Shown: positions 23,694 to 38,986, counted from the first letter of the whole stretch. The stretch: 56,592 bases of DNA, filler included, from Basidioascus undulatus (GCA_000826855.1; 6 parts of 6 records of this genome joined end to end with filler, not necessarily neighbours in it); one strand, 5' to 3'. Program-made: numbers and translations. The notes: a model not told the origin generated them from the sequence alone.

Positions 23694-24299
23694 GACTTTT
23701 TCTCCCTTTCCAACACCGCCTCCCCCTCAATCTATCTATCTCCATCACACTAGATTAGCATCCCTTTTTCGATGGTAACATCTGTACCCCTCAAAGACTC
23801 GCTTGCAACGAGCTTGCATTTCTCCCCTATCGCTGATTCGACGCATGCATGGATCACAACGGACCAATAATCTGTACGAGTGGGGTTTGAGAGGAGGGAG
23901 AGACCGTAGTCATGTAGAAGAAGACTTCGAGAAGCTTACAACTTTGGAAGGGAATATCAGGACGTCAGCCAAACAGAGCACACGAGGCACGTAAGGAGAT
24001 CAACCAGCTTAGAGTGACACCAATTAAAGATAAAAAAAAAAAACCCCCGCAGAAGTATGTGTTTTTTCTCTCACTCATCCGGAGCGGGCATGTGCAAGGC
24101 AGGCAGCCTGCTGCATCCACATCCCGCATCCCTCTTTACGTTTGATGTTGTACCAAGATTGCTCACGTTGACGTATTGTTTCGAGGGCTTTCACCAACTA
24201 AACTCAAGAGAATACAGCTCAAGAAAGGTTTCTGAAACGTATGCAGATCAGTCGCTCCGGTTCAAGCAGACCGTCTCTGCAGTAACACGAAATGCATTG

Positions 24300-25133
24300 C
24301 ATTGCACGGCCGCACAGAGTCTCCAGCCCGACACAGAATCACCCGAATCTCAATAGAACGCCTCGTGCACACGGACCAGCGTAAAGCAAGGCGCGACAGC
24401 TCGTCCCGCCCAGCATCCCCTGCTCGAGCTCGAGCTCCCCCCGAGAACCTCAGAACGTCCTTGCGTCCATCCACAGCATCGATCAGCGCGGAAACCTGCT
24501 CTTCAGGACTGCCGGGTCGATGCGCGTTAGAGACTGCTGTTTGTGCTCTTCGGAACACTTGAGCGTGGGCATCTCGACGGAGCGCTTGCCGTTGACGTAG
24601 ACGGGCAGGCCGATGGCAGGTGACGAGAGATGATCGGGCTTAGTCGAAGCGCGGTAAGACAGCAGTACAAGACCGTGACCTTCCAGCAAGGCGCGAGCAT
24701 CTGCGACCTGCTGGAACTTGGGAGGAGTTCAACTCGTGAAACGGGTGATAATGGTTACGAATCGGAGTGGATCCAAGGCATGACTCATAAGAGAATTCGG
24801 ACATGACATCTACGGAGATCAACTCATGTCGGTGAAGGAATCAGGGGTAGTCCAGTAACCCAGCACGACGCCATCGCCCGCGGCACTGAAAATGGGATAC
24901 TCCAGCAAAGAGCCGTAGAAAGCCTGGAGCTGCTCCCGTACGAGTAGGTCGACGAGTGCGACCCTGAATAGCTCGAGAACTTCGCTCGGAAGCGAAGCGA
25001 AGGTGACGGTCGAAGTCGATGAAAAGCACAGCGTCCCACGGGCGCGACGGAACGCGATCAGGTCGAGAGGGAGGCGGATAGGCTGGAAGCGCAGAGCCTT
25101 TAGGAAATTCACCATTCCGGAGATGGACAACAT
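24300..25133 (-). pseudogene. Decayed lineage-specific protein gene with an F-box-like N-terminal segment
   Basis: MLSISGMVNFLKAL...LDLIAFRRARGTL...FASLPSEVLELFRVALVDL, then in-frame stops and a downstream coding-like block DARALLEGHGLVLLS...IDPAVLK. The family resemblance is from recall and the 3' limit is approximate. Confidence 0.45.
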
Positions 25134-25993
25134 TCAAGGGTGCAAGTGCACTTTGTACTTTTAGTAGAGCTTCGAGACGTGGTAGAGCTGCCACGAGTCC
25201 ACTCACTCCATACCCCTCGTTAGAACCGCAGAGTCGTCCGCGCCCAACAGCGGAAACAAGTGCGCACCAGACAGCCCGAAAGCGAACACCGCCTCGCTGC
25301 TGCACATTATGCGACTATGGACTGAGGTTCGGAAGGAGGGTGGGCGAAAGGCTCAAGCGAAGTTGAGGGAGCGAGATGACGGTCGGGAGTCAAGGAGCGG
25401 AGACCCCTTCGCGTTGCCTTGCAACGGCTGTTCCGTCGTTCATTGAGCCCTCCTACACGCTAGTCCTTCGAATTAATCTCTTCCGCTTGGAGAAAGGAGA
25501 CGCAATCTGAGTCCAGAATACGACGTGAAATGCACGACAACGCCGGCGACCGCAATCAACCAGATCGAGAAAGCAATCGAAGTCTGCTGCAGCGATAAAA
25601 GTACATTGAGCGGGCGGGGCGTGGAGGAACGAGAACGGTAGCAAGCAAGCACAGACATAAAAGGCATGCGAAGGCAAGGGCATCTGTAGCAAGGGATGGC
25701 GAAGGGGGGAAAGAAGGCAAGCTCTCGGATGGTGCCAAGTCTAGTGAGGAAGGAAATGTGGGAATCAGAATTTCGAACGAAGGGGTACCCGGAGGGCAGT
25801 GTACATATTCACATAGGGAAGAAAGAAAAGGACATGGTATGGCGTGAAAAGATAACCGGTAAAGGGAAGGGGAAAGTAGTTAGATTAGGTTGAGATGCGG
25901 ATGGGCGAGCGAAGACGATCCGAAGGTTCGGAAAGAAGGCAAAAGAAAGATCGAGAAGGATATACCAAACGTGGAGCTAGCCGACCGAAGCAC

Positions 25994-28317
25994 TCAAGGA
26001 CCGTTCTCCTCCCTCTTCACCGCCTCGGCGAGCTCGACATGGCCTGCCAGCAGCGCGTGGTACGCCGCGGGCGGGAGCGGGTGCGCGGGCTGCTGGAACG
26101 CCTGAACGAAACCTGGCGCGGCTGCCTGTGTGGGAGGCACGGCGTTGGGATAGCCTACAGGGGAGCTCTGGCTCGAGTTCGGGCAGGAGAGCGTCCCTGG
26201 TGGAGTAGGGAATGGGCTCGGGCCGTTTTGGGCCAGCTGTGCGGAGGGCGCGAAGGGCGGGGTATTGCCGGGCGTGGAGTACGCCGAGCCGGGGGCGGAG
26301 GGGTTCGGAGGAGCAGCGAAAGGCGTCAGCGCCTGGAGGGCGTTGCCGCCGAGACAGCCGCTTGACACGCCGGGGACGTCCGACGACAGCCGGCGGCGCT
26401 TTGCTACGGCGCCCTCCGCGCCCGCGACGTGGTAGTCCGGCGCGGCTGTGCCCGTCGGGCGGGGCATGGCGAACTCCGCGCCGCCGCTGCTGAGCGAGCG
26501 CCGGGGCATAGGCGGAGGCGGGGGCGGCTGCGGGTAGATGCCGAGCTGATTGAGCGCGTCGAGGGAGAACTCGGTCGGCTGTGGGCCAAAGTCCATGCCG
26601 GCGAAGATGGGCGTCGGCGCGCCGGAGTGGGGGCCCCCCGGCGGGGCGGCGTACGACGGGCCCGGCGCGCTCGCGGCTGTGGTCGGATCCGGGGCGTAGC
26701 CTGGGATAGGCCCAAAGTTCGGGATCGGGTGGCCGATCCCCGCGAGCGCATTTTGCGTGAGCTCGCGCACGGGCGAGGACATGCGCGAGCCTGCCGGCGA
26801 GTTGGACGGGGAGGCGTCGAGCGAGAGCTGCTTCGGCTTGTCGATCGGGTCGTACCGCGTGCGCTTTTTGATCACGTCCGTCTTCATCGACAGCGGACGT
26901 TGTGACTTGTGGAGCTTTAGGCTGTAGGCGCAACGCAAAGGTCAGCGAGATGCGATGAGGAAGTGCGATTTGATATGACGGACTAGAGACCGCATCTTGA
27001 ACCGTTGATAGTGTCAGCCACACTGTCATTCCGCAAGCGCGAAGGGAAGCGACATACGCATTGCACAGCGTGCTCCCGTCCTCCGCCTTTCTCCAAAGCG
27101 GCGTCGTAGACGTCTCGCAATTAGCGCAAGTGACTGTGAATCCCGAAAGCACAACAAAAATCAGCATTCCCCATACCCGCTAAAGCGGAAAGGCAGAAAC
27201 CACGCACTGGTCGGTCCCGTCCAAGCCTCCGCCTCTCCCTCCCCATTCCCGTTCGCCCACTCGCCAGGCGGGTGCGCGTGCTGCGCGGACCGCGAGCTCT
27301 TGAGCGTCTTGGGGCGGTGCGACTTGTGGAGTTTGAGGTAGAGTCCGCATCTGCGGACGTTCGAAGCCAGACCAAGACACATTAACAACGCGTGCGATCG
27401 AGGTTCCTCCCTTCCCCCACCCAGATCCGGCCACGCCCAGGATCGCTCGAAAGGGACAGACTACTCACGCATTGCACAAAAGCTCGTCCTCGTTGCTCCG
27501 CCGCCAGAGGGGCGTGCTGAGTGCCCCACAGTTGGAGCACTCGGGCCGCGCACCGCCGGGCGCGGACCCGCCTGGCGTCGTCGGCGGCGAGGGGCGCGGG
27601 TACTGCGTCCGCGGGTGCCGCTTCGGGTTGACCACTGCCGGCTGGTGGCCTTGCTGCTGCTGCTGCTGCTGCTCGGGGCGGTTGGACGGCGGGGATGTCG
27701 CGCGCGAGACTGGCGCAGACTGCGTCACTTGCGGGCCCGTCGCGGCGTTCGCGAGCTGCGCGGCGAACTGGCGGTGCAGGCGAGAGGGGGCAGGGGCACC
27801 GGCGGCGGAGGACTCGCCGGCGGTGGGCTGCCCGGCGGGGGAAGGCTGGAGCTCCCCGGGCGAGGTGGCGGTTGGTCCGCCGAAGACGCTCGGGGCGCCC
27901 GAGCCGGGAGTGGCGGACGACTCCTGCATGAAGCTCTCGAAGCCGGGGATGCTGTTGAGGTCGAGGTCGAACGTGCCGTCCTCGACAGCGCTGTCGCCCC
28001 CGACTGTGTCGTTCAGGAGCTCCTCGAGTGGGAGCTCGAGGACCGGCCGGCCGCCGGACGCGTTGTGCCACTGCGGGAGGGAGGACGACTGCGCGGAGGA
28101 GGAGTCGCGGCGGGCGCCGAGGATCGCGGAGGGGTTGAAGTCGGAGAAGAGCGAGTCGAAGCGGACGTGGTGGTGCGTTTGCTGCTGCTGCTGCTGGGGC
28201 AGCGAGGGGGCGGCGAACTCGGGCGCGGAGATGGTGTGGGGGAGGTCGGGCCGGGCGTCGGGGTTGGAAGAAGAAGGGGGCTGTTGCAGGGGAAGGATGG
28301 GGGCGGAGGCAGGGGCG
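25994..28317 (-). CDS. GATA transcription factor with two CX2CX17CX2C zinc fingers, 5'-truncated at contig edge
   Basis: Finger 1 CSNCGALSTPLWRRSNEDELLCNA|CGLYLKLHKSHRP; finger 2 CANCETSTTPLWRKAEDGSTLCNA|CGLY|LKLHKSQRPLSMKTDVIKKRTR; poly-Q tracts; Pro/Ser-rich tail ending in TGA at 25994-25996. Confidence 0.93.
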
Positions 28318-28417
28318 NNNNNNNNNNNNNNNNNNNNNNNNNNNNNNNNNNNNNNNNNNNNTTAATTAATTAANNNNNNNNNNNNNNNNNNNNNNNNNNN
28401 NNNNNNNNNNNNNNNNN
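28318..28417. other. Artificial contig linker
   Basis: 44 N + TTAATTAATTAA + 44 N. Confidence 0.98.
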
Positions 28418-28923
28418 CTCCCTTGGGCGGTGGTCGCCGTCCTGCCAGGACGGTGCGGAGCGTACAGTGCGCCCTGCTGGTCCGCTCACGAAACGCGCTG
28501 CTGTTTCTCGCTTCTTGTTTCCCACTTACCCGTCCCCCCACTCGCGCTCGACGACCTCAGCCGAGGGCGCGCTGATCATCCGCACGAACTTGACGAGCCG
28601 AACACTTGACGATAGGTTATTTACGCTTTCATCTGTGCGGCACTGACTCACGATTCTTTTTGCTCCCCTCACCAACTCGAGGCTCTCAGTCGGCCTGGCC
28701 TGATCATCGCTCGAGTCCGAAACTCGCACGAACTGCGTTGTTCATGCACTCGCTGTGTGCAGCAATGTTCCATGCGGAGACCACTCCAGCCACACGCGCC
28801 ACACAGTCTCGCGATCAACAAACCGGCCTTTATTTCACTCATGCGTAAAACCTCGTCACCCTACATCTGCCGCCCGCGTGCTGCAGGCGCCCTCCCTCAA
28901 CCATTCTTCACCTTCGCCCAACG

Positions 28924-31690
<2,767 letters not shown>

Positions 31691-32950
31691 CTACCGCTTG
31701 CAGCTCAGGGTCGCCAGGATCACCGGGGCGTGTATCACCGAGATTACTTTCGAGGACGGTCAACTTTACTGAATCACTGTAATGCAGTGAGTGTATCATG
31801 CAGTTAATGGACCTTTCGCTTCACGGACTGGCGCGCAGCTGCGCTTAAAGCTCGTCCCGTCAGCACCACACAGAGCCTTACCTGTAAAGTCTGGACAGTC
31901 TAGACTGAATACCCGTTCAATCAGATAGAGTATTATTGACCAAAAGTACTGTCTATAACCTGAAATAGACAGGAGCTAGAGCTCATCAATGCTGACGTTG
32001 AGCTAAGTTCGGGAATGAGCATTTCAACGTTCTGTAGATGCTTTACTATAGGTGTGACCGTTTGAAACCAGGTGCTTCTAAATCAACTTGATCCTGTATA
32101 TCCTACCAGCAGTGCAAATAGGAGTTGAGGATACACGCTCTAGTCTGGACTACGATCAAGCGACGCAACAGCTATTGTCACGGTCCTGCTTGCTGCTTGG
32201 CGACAGACACTTCTCCTTCGTTCCTCAATGGTATAAACGTAACTAAAGAATCTCTTTGTAAGCATTTTCAAGCGGCAATGAACGCATATGAGGCACTGAC
32301 GGCAAGCATTTTTTCGACCTCTGCCTGTGTCCACTGCATGCACATGGGCTTGCCCGTGCTCAGCTCAGTACTTCGTGTTGACGGTGCCCTTTTGTAAATG
32401 CGCCCCATAACTAGTCTTTTGATTTTGTTGCTCTGTTGTGTGCAATGGATGGCAATCCTGATTGACTAGAGGTGTTGTGCGTGTCGTGCAAGAAAGCGTG
32501 TAGCTATTGCAGCCACATACAGTACTGGTAGTTACGTACAAACATGCTGACCGGTTGGTGTGGACCGTGCCTTGCCGTCAATGCCTGTGCCTGTCGGGCC
32601 TGTCTCGCTGTCCAGGCAATATTCCCGGCCCATCAAGCCTTTCACTCGACCTTCTTCAGATGTCATGCAGGCGCCTGGGCGCGCTTTCGGTGGCCATGCC
32701 AGTGCAGACAATACATCATGGGCTTACCAGAGTTGCCGCTTGTCCTCTTGTCATCTCCATCTCCTGCTCACGGTAGAGAACGCGGTCTTTGTCGAGGTCG
32801 TCGCCCCCCATGCCCATCGCGCTCAACTCCCCGTCTTCCTCACCTCCCGTATCGCCTCTCTTTGGCCGAGGCTGGGAGCCGATGTTCGGGTGCCCCAGGT
32901 CTACTCTGCTTTGCAACGAGGTCTGATGTTGACTCGGCGCTGCTCGATGG

Positions 32951-34372
32951 ATGGGCATGGCGGTCAGCCGAAGACGATTGGTGGTCGTATGCTGCTTGTG
33001 CTCTTGCTTTTCGGCGCGCATCACAAAGAGACCACCCAGACGCTCTCGTGCGTTCTCTCCTGTTTCGCATACCGTTCACCTAGCATACTCACCTTGTGTC
33101 CCCCCACAGCTCCATGTTTACTTCTTTCCCCTTCACCCGCCGTCCGCCACTTCAGTCCTGCGATCCCTACTCCTCTTACGGACAACTGATCGTCTCCTCC
33201 GATTCCCACTCCAACCTCTGGCGGCCATTCCGCAAAGGCTGCCACTCTCCCGCTCTCCTGGCGTCCTTCATGCGCGCCGCGCACGCCGTCCGGCCGCCCT
33301 CGGCGCCCGCAGACCTTACGCGGATCGTTCCGGCCCCTGAGATTCTGGAACGCGAGGTTGGGCCTGATGGGGAATCGTGGGAAGACGTCGAGTGGGCGAG
33401 GAATCGAACGCTGCTCGTGTTCGGGGATAGCGTGTATAGGACGAACGTGAAGTACTTCTGCGATGTGGGTCTTCTGTTCCACCTCCTCCCTTCTCTTTCT
33501 TTCTGATGACCCCGGCTTTGACTACAGATTATCAGCGAGCCTTTGCAATGGATCCACTGGAACCACCCGTGGTCTCTTCCAGAGCCGGTCACGCCCTCGC
33601 CCCTCGTGAACCCCGACACGCCCGCGGGCGAGCCCCAACCGATTGCTCCCCCTTCTCCCGGCCACGACACCCACGCGCACGGAAAGTGCGCATCGGCAGA
33701 GAACCACATGGGTCACGCATGCTACATCCCAGGCATGAACTTCATGATCATGCAGGTGTTCCATTACGGCTGAGCCTGCGAGTCGCATTCCGGGGTGGGA
33801 ACGGGGTTGGAGAAAAGTATGGCATTGCTAACGATTTTTGTGCTTGGCGCAGGATGGACCATGGTAATGTACGTCTAACGAGAATTTGAAAGTGCAACTT
33901 CTGAGGCGTTTACTGACCCGGCTCCATCTCCGTAGTTCAGACTGGAAAAAGTGCGTTTCTTACCTTCGTTCATTTACGTCTGGAGTTGACTTCGATTTCC
34001 GCCGAATCACCTCATATACCCCTCACAGTGCGCTGTTCATTCTGCCTTCGCATCCGCTCTACCAAACTGCCTTTGGCCTAACGTCACTTCCCGCCAGGCA
34101 CCTACGAAGACCTCTTTCCATGCTAGCTGTGCCCTACCTCTCCGCACTTCGCGCATCAGGACCGCTCGGCCCGCGCCTCTCCTCTGCCCCAGAGCACATG
34201 CAATTCTCCTCGTCATTCTGGAACGCGGCGCGCTTCGCGCGCATCGACGTGGAGAAGGGAGATCCGACCGATACCGACCTGTCTGAGTGAGTTTCGTTTC
34301 CTGCACGCCCGACCAAAAGAGGCGTGGATGTCCGCTAACGATTGAAATTGTCCGGCTAGAGCACGACTGGAA
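32951..34372 (+). pseudogene. CAP64/CAS3-like (PC-esterase/SGNH-type) gene, 5' portion, decayed
   Basis: CDPYSSYGQL...WRPFRKGC, WARNRTLLVFGDSVYRTNVKYFC, HACYIPGMNFMIMQVFHYG|MD, FSSSFWNAARFARID and DLSE|ARLE. The expected GT donor at 33770 reads CT and there is an apparent frameshift near 34110. The start position is uncertain. Confidence 0.72.
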
Positions 34373-35086
34373 TTCAAGCTTCGTCGCGGACAGATGGTGG
34401 GACCTCGCGCTCGACTCGACACCGTCAATGCCGAGCGGCCCTCAGGGAGGGACGTCTATGTGACTTTCCAGTTCGGACACAAGTAAGTTGTGCTTCAGCA
34501 TTTTTGCTGGCCATAGTGTCCTGTTTTCACGCTTCATTCAATCACGCTCAGTGACCAGAAAGTCTACAACGCCTCCGTCATGGGCGATAATCTGGCTGCT
34601 TTCGTTGACGAGCTCAAAGGTCTGGGCGCACATCCAATCCTCGACAATCACCTTTCGCGACGCAACTTTAATGGCAGCACGATCGTCGACCTTCTCAGCG
34701 AGTTCGCAGACGGTAAGGCGTTAGCTGCATTTGCGTCGGCCTACCTTTTTGACAGTTCAAAGACTGCACATTTTAGCAACTTTCATGTCATAGACCTAGC
34801 TGGACGTTCTACTTCTCGACCTGCACGGACGCTCGATCGCATACCTCGAAGCTATCGGCGAAGAGGCTTCCCACCGACTTAGCTGGGAAGAAGGCGACAA
34901 CACGCATCTCAACCTTGACGGACAGACACTTTTTGCAAGGTATGCATTGCTTCGCAATAAAAGACCGTGAACTGAGATGAAACCGGTTGACTTGGCAGAC
35001 TGGTTGTTGACTTGCTTCAAACCGCTTTGCCGGGATTGTCTGCACTGTTCACCTCGAACCGGGCATTGTCGAGGGCCATTGAGTAG
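34373..35086 (+). pseudogene. Carbohydrate esterase family 12 (rhamnogalacturonan acetylesterase-like SGNH hydrolase), 3' portion lacking its own N-terminus
   Basis: SFVADRWWDLALD, DVYVTFQFGHN|DQK, NLAAFVDELKGLGAHPIL..LSRRNF, DLHGRSIAYLEAIG, GDNTHLNLDG..LFAR|LVVDLL. No CE12 GDS block is present. Confidence 0.78.
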
Positions 35087-35510
35087 GGTTTCAAGCTGTA
35101 TATTTAGGGCGGCTCAGTAATCCCCAGTAGTCTATCAGTAGCTGTGTGAAAAGACTTGATGGCTTTCTGTCATCGGCGTCCTCTAAGTACAGAACAGTGG
35201 GTTGCAGCAAGTGTGGGCGTGTATGTTATACAATCAAAGCCACCATGGGAAGATTTAATTGGATTTGTTTCAGCTGATGAATAATCCTTCTACATGTTTC
35301 AGGTCCGGCAACATCACAGTTCATGGCCTGAAAGCCAGCAAGCGTGCATTGCGTGCAAACAAACTACTGCCGAACATAGATCCAGAGGTAACCATTCCCC
35401 AAGTTGTGTTTTTTTTCGAGGCATCGCATGTAGTTGGAAGTGGTAACAGCCTAAGATCATGAAGAACTCTGAGTTTGTAGTGAGGGTAATGTTTGAAGAA
35501 GGTTAGCATG

Positions 35511-35582
35511 TCCTCGTTGGTGTAGTGGCTAACATCGGGTGTTCTCACCGCCCAGCCCCGGGTTCAATTCCCGGACGGGGAA
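35511..35582 (+). tRNA. tRNA-Glu(CTC), intronless
   Basis: Acceptor TCCTCGT/ACGGGGA; D stem GTGT/ACAT; anticodon stem GGGTG/CGCCC with loop TT-CTC-AC; T arm CCGGG-TTCAATT-CCCGG; T5 terminator at 35590-35594. Confidence 0.96.
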
Positions 35583-35650
35583 GTTCAGCTTTTTGCCTCG
35601 GAGCATAGACAAGCATCCCGAAGACAGGCAGAAGCTCGAATAAGGGCATC

Positions 35651-36087
35651 TAGAGCGCAACACGAACAGGCTGTCCGCGGGCGAACCAAGTGCGCACGTC
35701 AGCAAGATTTGTGCGCACTTCGACGCGCGGAGCGAACTGAGCTTGCCGCACCGCGAACAGTGCGCGCACAGTCGAGCGAACCGGGGGAACCTGCGACTGT
35801 CTATTGGATGTTGGGGTCCGAGTACCCACACAGCGCATTGTTTGTACCATCAACGACTCAAACGGCAGATGCATTCAGGACGACAAAATAAAGGCTTCCA
35901 CATGAATTAGAACCTTAATTTTGAATTTCCCTACGCAGACGGCCTCTCCGTCTAGACAGATTGTCTGCTGTTCGTCTTTGCATGCGCGAACAAGTGTTCG
36001 CAAGCCTGGTGTGCACCGAGTCCGCGCCCGCGGAGCTTTCGCGAACTTGTGTGCGAGCCGGTGCGCACCTGTTCGTGCTGCGCTCTA
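35651..36087. mobile_element. Non-autonomous hAT-like MITE (437 bp)
   Basis: 20-bp TIRs TAGAGCGCAACACGAACAGG (35651-35670) and CCTGTTCGTGCTGCGCTCTA (36068-36087), 19/20 match. 8-bp TSD AGGGCATC (35643-35650) and AGTGCATC (36088-36095), 7/8 match. Subterminal GTGCGCAC and GCGAAC repeats; no transposase. Confidence 0.85.
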
Positions 36088-37606
36088 AGTGCATCCGAGG
36101 CTGGTGGGCAGTCAGTCCATCGGGGATGGTCGCGGCAGGATGTCTGTAATCTACAGCCAGACATTTGAGCCGCTCATGCTAAGGTACACTCCTCTTTTCC
36201 TTTGAGGTAATGGGCCTCCTTTGTGCGTTGCAGACATAGCAAAGACAAACTCGAACATTCTACGGCCAAATGCATGGCGGGGATTTGAGCGGGCTTGGAG
36301 AGAAACAGGGCGGCCTCGAGGAGCTCGATGTGCAGGGGTACCTGCTTGCGCACGAGGACGAGACCCAGTAGGTCAGACCTCACTCCTTTCTTTCATCTAA
36401 CGAACATCCTTTTGACCGTTTTCATACGAAAACTCAACCTCCTAGAACTTTGTCGCCTCGTTAATCTCCGTCCTCTCCTCGCTCCGCTGCGTCCGCGTCG
36501 GGGGAACCCTCCCGCCGGTGCACTGCTCCCCCGCTCCCCTGTGCCTGTCGAGCTGGTTGGACGCCGTGGTGGACGGCGAGATCTCCGATGTGGAAGACTC
36601 TGACGCGGACGAGGGGGCGCTCTATGAGGACCGGGACCGACAGTCGGACCGAGTGGATGAACGCAGTCGGCTCGCCGCTCCGGGACGCCCTCGAGGCTCT
36701 GGCAGGGAAGCTGAGCAAGCTGGAGCGCGTGTGCTGGGACGACTTTTTTGGCAGGAGACAGAATGAGGCGTGCCCGGTTTAGGAGCCAGGATCGCACGGG
36801 ACGGAGAGAAGGCCGCGCTGAAGGGCGGGTTCTACTACGAGGACGGCCTGGCTCGCTGGCGTGAAGACGGGTGGTAAGAAGGTGGGAAGGTTAAGAAAGG
36901 GTCTATAAAGAGAACTGAACCCTTCGGCGAGGCTCCTTGAATAGTGACGGCAATGACCTTTCCGCGCACGATGGTCGCCATGACTTAGCCATTTCCTGAC
37001 GTATCAGCCGAATGCCGTTGCATGCTGAAAAGCCTCCCAATCAGTCATCGTGGATTTGCCGCCTGAACAGCTCTTGATCGTCGCTCTCAGCTTGGAATCG
37101 CCGACGAGCTGCACGTGCCAGGACGAGGAGACGAACAAAGCTGCTTTCGCGGAGTATGCGCTCGAAATGAGTGCCGGGCTAACTCGTCACGGTATCGAAC
37201 TGCTTGACCAGAACAGCAGGGGACTGCATAACGTTGTGGCGTAGGCAGGGGGTGCGTGGGGCAATTTGTATGATGATGAGCAAGGAATCCGGCGCGCGGC
37301 GAAGACTTCGATTTCACGCATGCAGCGCACGTCTCTTTTTGCAGCGAGTTTTGCAGGGTTCGTCTAGGATCGCTTGCAGCAGCGGCCGGAGCACAGGCAC
37401 ATTCTTAGTCCACGAGTAACAGTCCCCCTCTCTGGAGTCTCCGTCCAACACACCAGCTTTAACTATTAGACTCTCCCATCCTCACTGAATGCTAAATTGG
37501 ACGCTCAAGAACGCGTTGACACAAAAAATACAGCGGGTAGCATGAAGAGACACAGAAGGAAGCACAAGTTTTGCGATGCTACGAATGACGGGTGAAGCGA
37601 AGGTGA

Positions 37607-37729
37607 CTAGGATTGGACGGGGGTCGGCTGAAGCGGGTCTGCGCCGTCCATCGTCGGCGGCGGGGCGGGTGTGCCGCCGCGCGAAGCGGGCGTGGGCGTG
37701 CTGACCTCTTGCCCGGGCGTGGCAGGCGT
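37607..37729 (-). CDS. 3' end of an unidentified gene (Pro/Thr-rich tail), truncated at contig edge
   Basis: GC-rich open frame TPATPGQEVSTPTPASRGGTPAPPPTMDGADPLQPTPVQS* running from the linker. Confidence 0.4.
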   Translation of the reverse strand, partial: TPATPGQEVSTPTPASRGGTPAPPPTMDGADPLQPTPVQS

Positions 37730-37829
37730 NNNNNNNNNNNNNNNNNNNNNNNNNNNNNNNNNNNNNNNNNNNNTTAATTAATTAANNNNNNNNNNNNNNN
37801 NNNNNNNNNNNNNNNNNNNNNNNNNNNNN
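37730..37829. other. Artificial contig linker
   Basis: 44 N + TTAATTAATTAA + 44 N. Confidence 0.98.
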
Positions 37830-38419
37830 GTGGGAGGAGCGGCGGTCGCGATCCCGCCGTTCGCGGTCCCGGTCTCGACGGTCGCGCTCCCTTCCCCTCT
37901 CCCGCTCCCGGTCCTTCTCCCGCTCTCTCTCTCGCTCTCGCTCCCTAACCCGCCGGTCGCGGCTGTCGCGGCTCCTCGAGCGCCTCCGTGGCGGCGGGCT
38001 GCGGGAGCGGCGAGAGGGCGGGGGGTCTGGGAGGTACGCGCGAGCGGGGATGGCGCGGAAGAGGGTGGAGACAAAGGGGGTCACTTCTGTCGTCCCCCGA
38101 CACCCATCAGATTCAGCTCGTCCTAGGACTGGGAGATAGAAGGGAGCGGACGGACCTTCCCCTAGAAAGTCGTCGAGCTGGGCGGTAAGGTGTTTGCGCA
38201 CGTCGTGCTCGTCACCGTGGTCGTGCTGCAGCAACGCGAGCACATAGTCAGACAGCACCTCGGGATCCGCCTCGCATCTGCCAGTCCATCCCCATTAGCA
38301 TCAGACCCCCACAGTAACCCATTCCAATCGCGCACGCACATCGGCTCGAGCTCCTTGACGAGCCACGCCCGGAGCTGGGGCTGTGTCGCCGGATCGTACG
38401 ACAGCGAGGGCGCGGGCAT
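37830..38419 (-). CDS. PWI-domain RNA-binding protein (RBM26/RBM27/Rmn1-like), 3'-truncated
   Basis: LRAWLVKELEPI|CEADPEVLSDYVLALLQHD...LTAQLDDFLGE|EVTPFVSTLF followed by RS/RE/RD dipeptide repeats; two GT-AG introns. Confidence 0.85.
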
Positions 38420-38986
38420 CGTCGAGCGCGGGAGGAAGTGGGAGAGCGGAGCGAGATAGGAAGATTGCGTGTTATCGGGTTGGAATGGTGCGGCGGAGCG
38501 GTTGAGACTCGAAGTCGGGCAGAGCTTCGTCCGATGTTACGGTTCGGTGGCGGGCATCCCCGTGCGCCAAATTATTCCCTCTCGACGCGTCAACGCGTGC
38601 TGAACGAACTTGCAGGCTGCGGGTCAGGGGTTGTGGATGTAATTAACGATGACAGCTCTGTTGCCCTGAAAGATCGCAGTACACCGTTTTCGATCCTTGT
38701 CCGGTTGCAGTGCAGTGCGACACCGTCGACAGTCGCTGCAAGGTGTTTTCGACCAGGACGAACTTACGTTGCGTAATAGGACACCCGCCGGCAGGCAGCC
38801 CAAGCGCAGTCGCTTACAATGCCAGCATACACCTGAGAAATCGGAATATCAGCAGTTGCAAATGAACAAACTCGGTAAAGCACGTACATTGTAGTCAAGG
38901 CTACCTAGTGTCGTCGGGTCCAAGCAATTGCCGTTGCAGCAGGGGTGGTCAAACAGGGTTTGCATTTGCATTGTTCTTTCTTTTAG

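Noticed and set aside
23602..24077. tRNA head + ~340 nt + A12 run with a CTCTCACTCA direct repeat, as a SINE
   Set aside because: The tRNA is intact, has an intron and is followed immediately by a T5 terminator. The direct repeat does not abut the A run, so it is probably chance.
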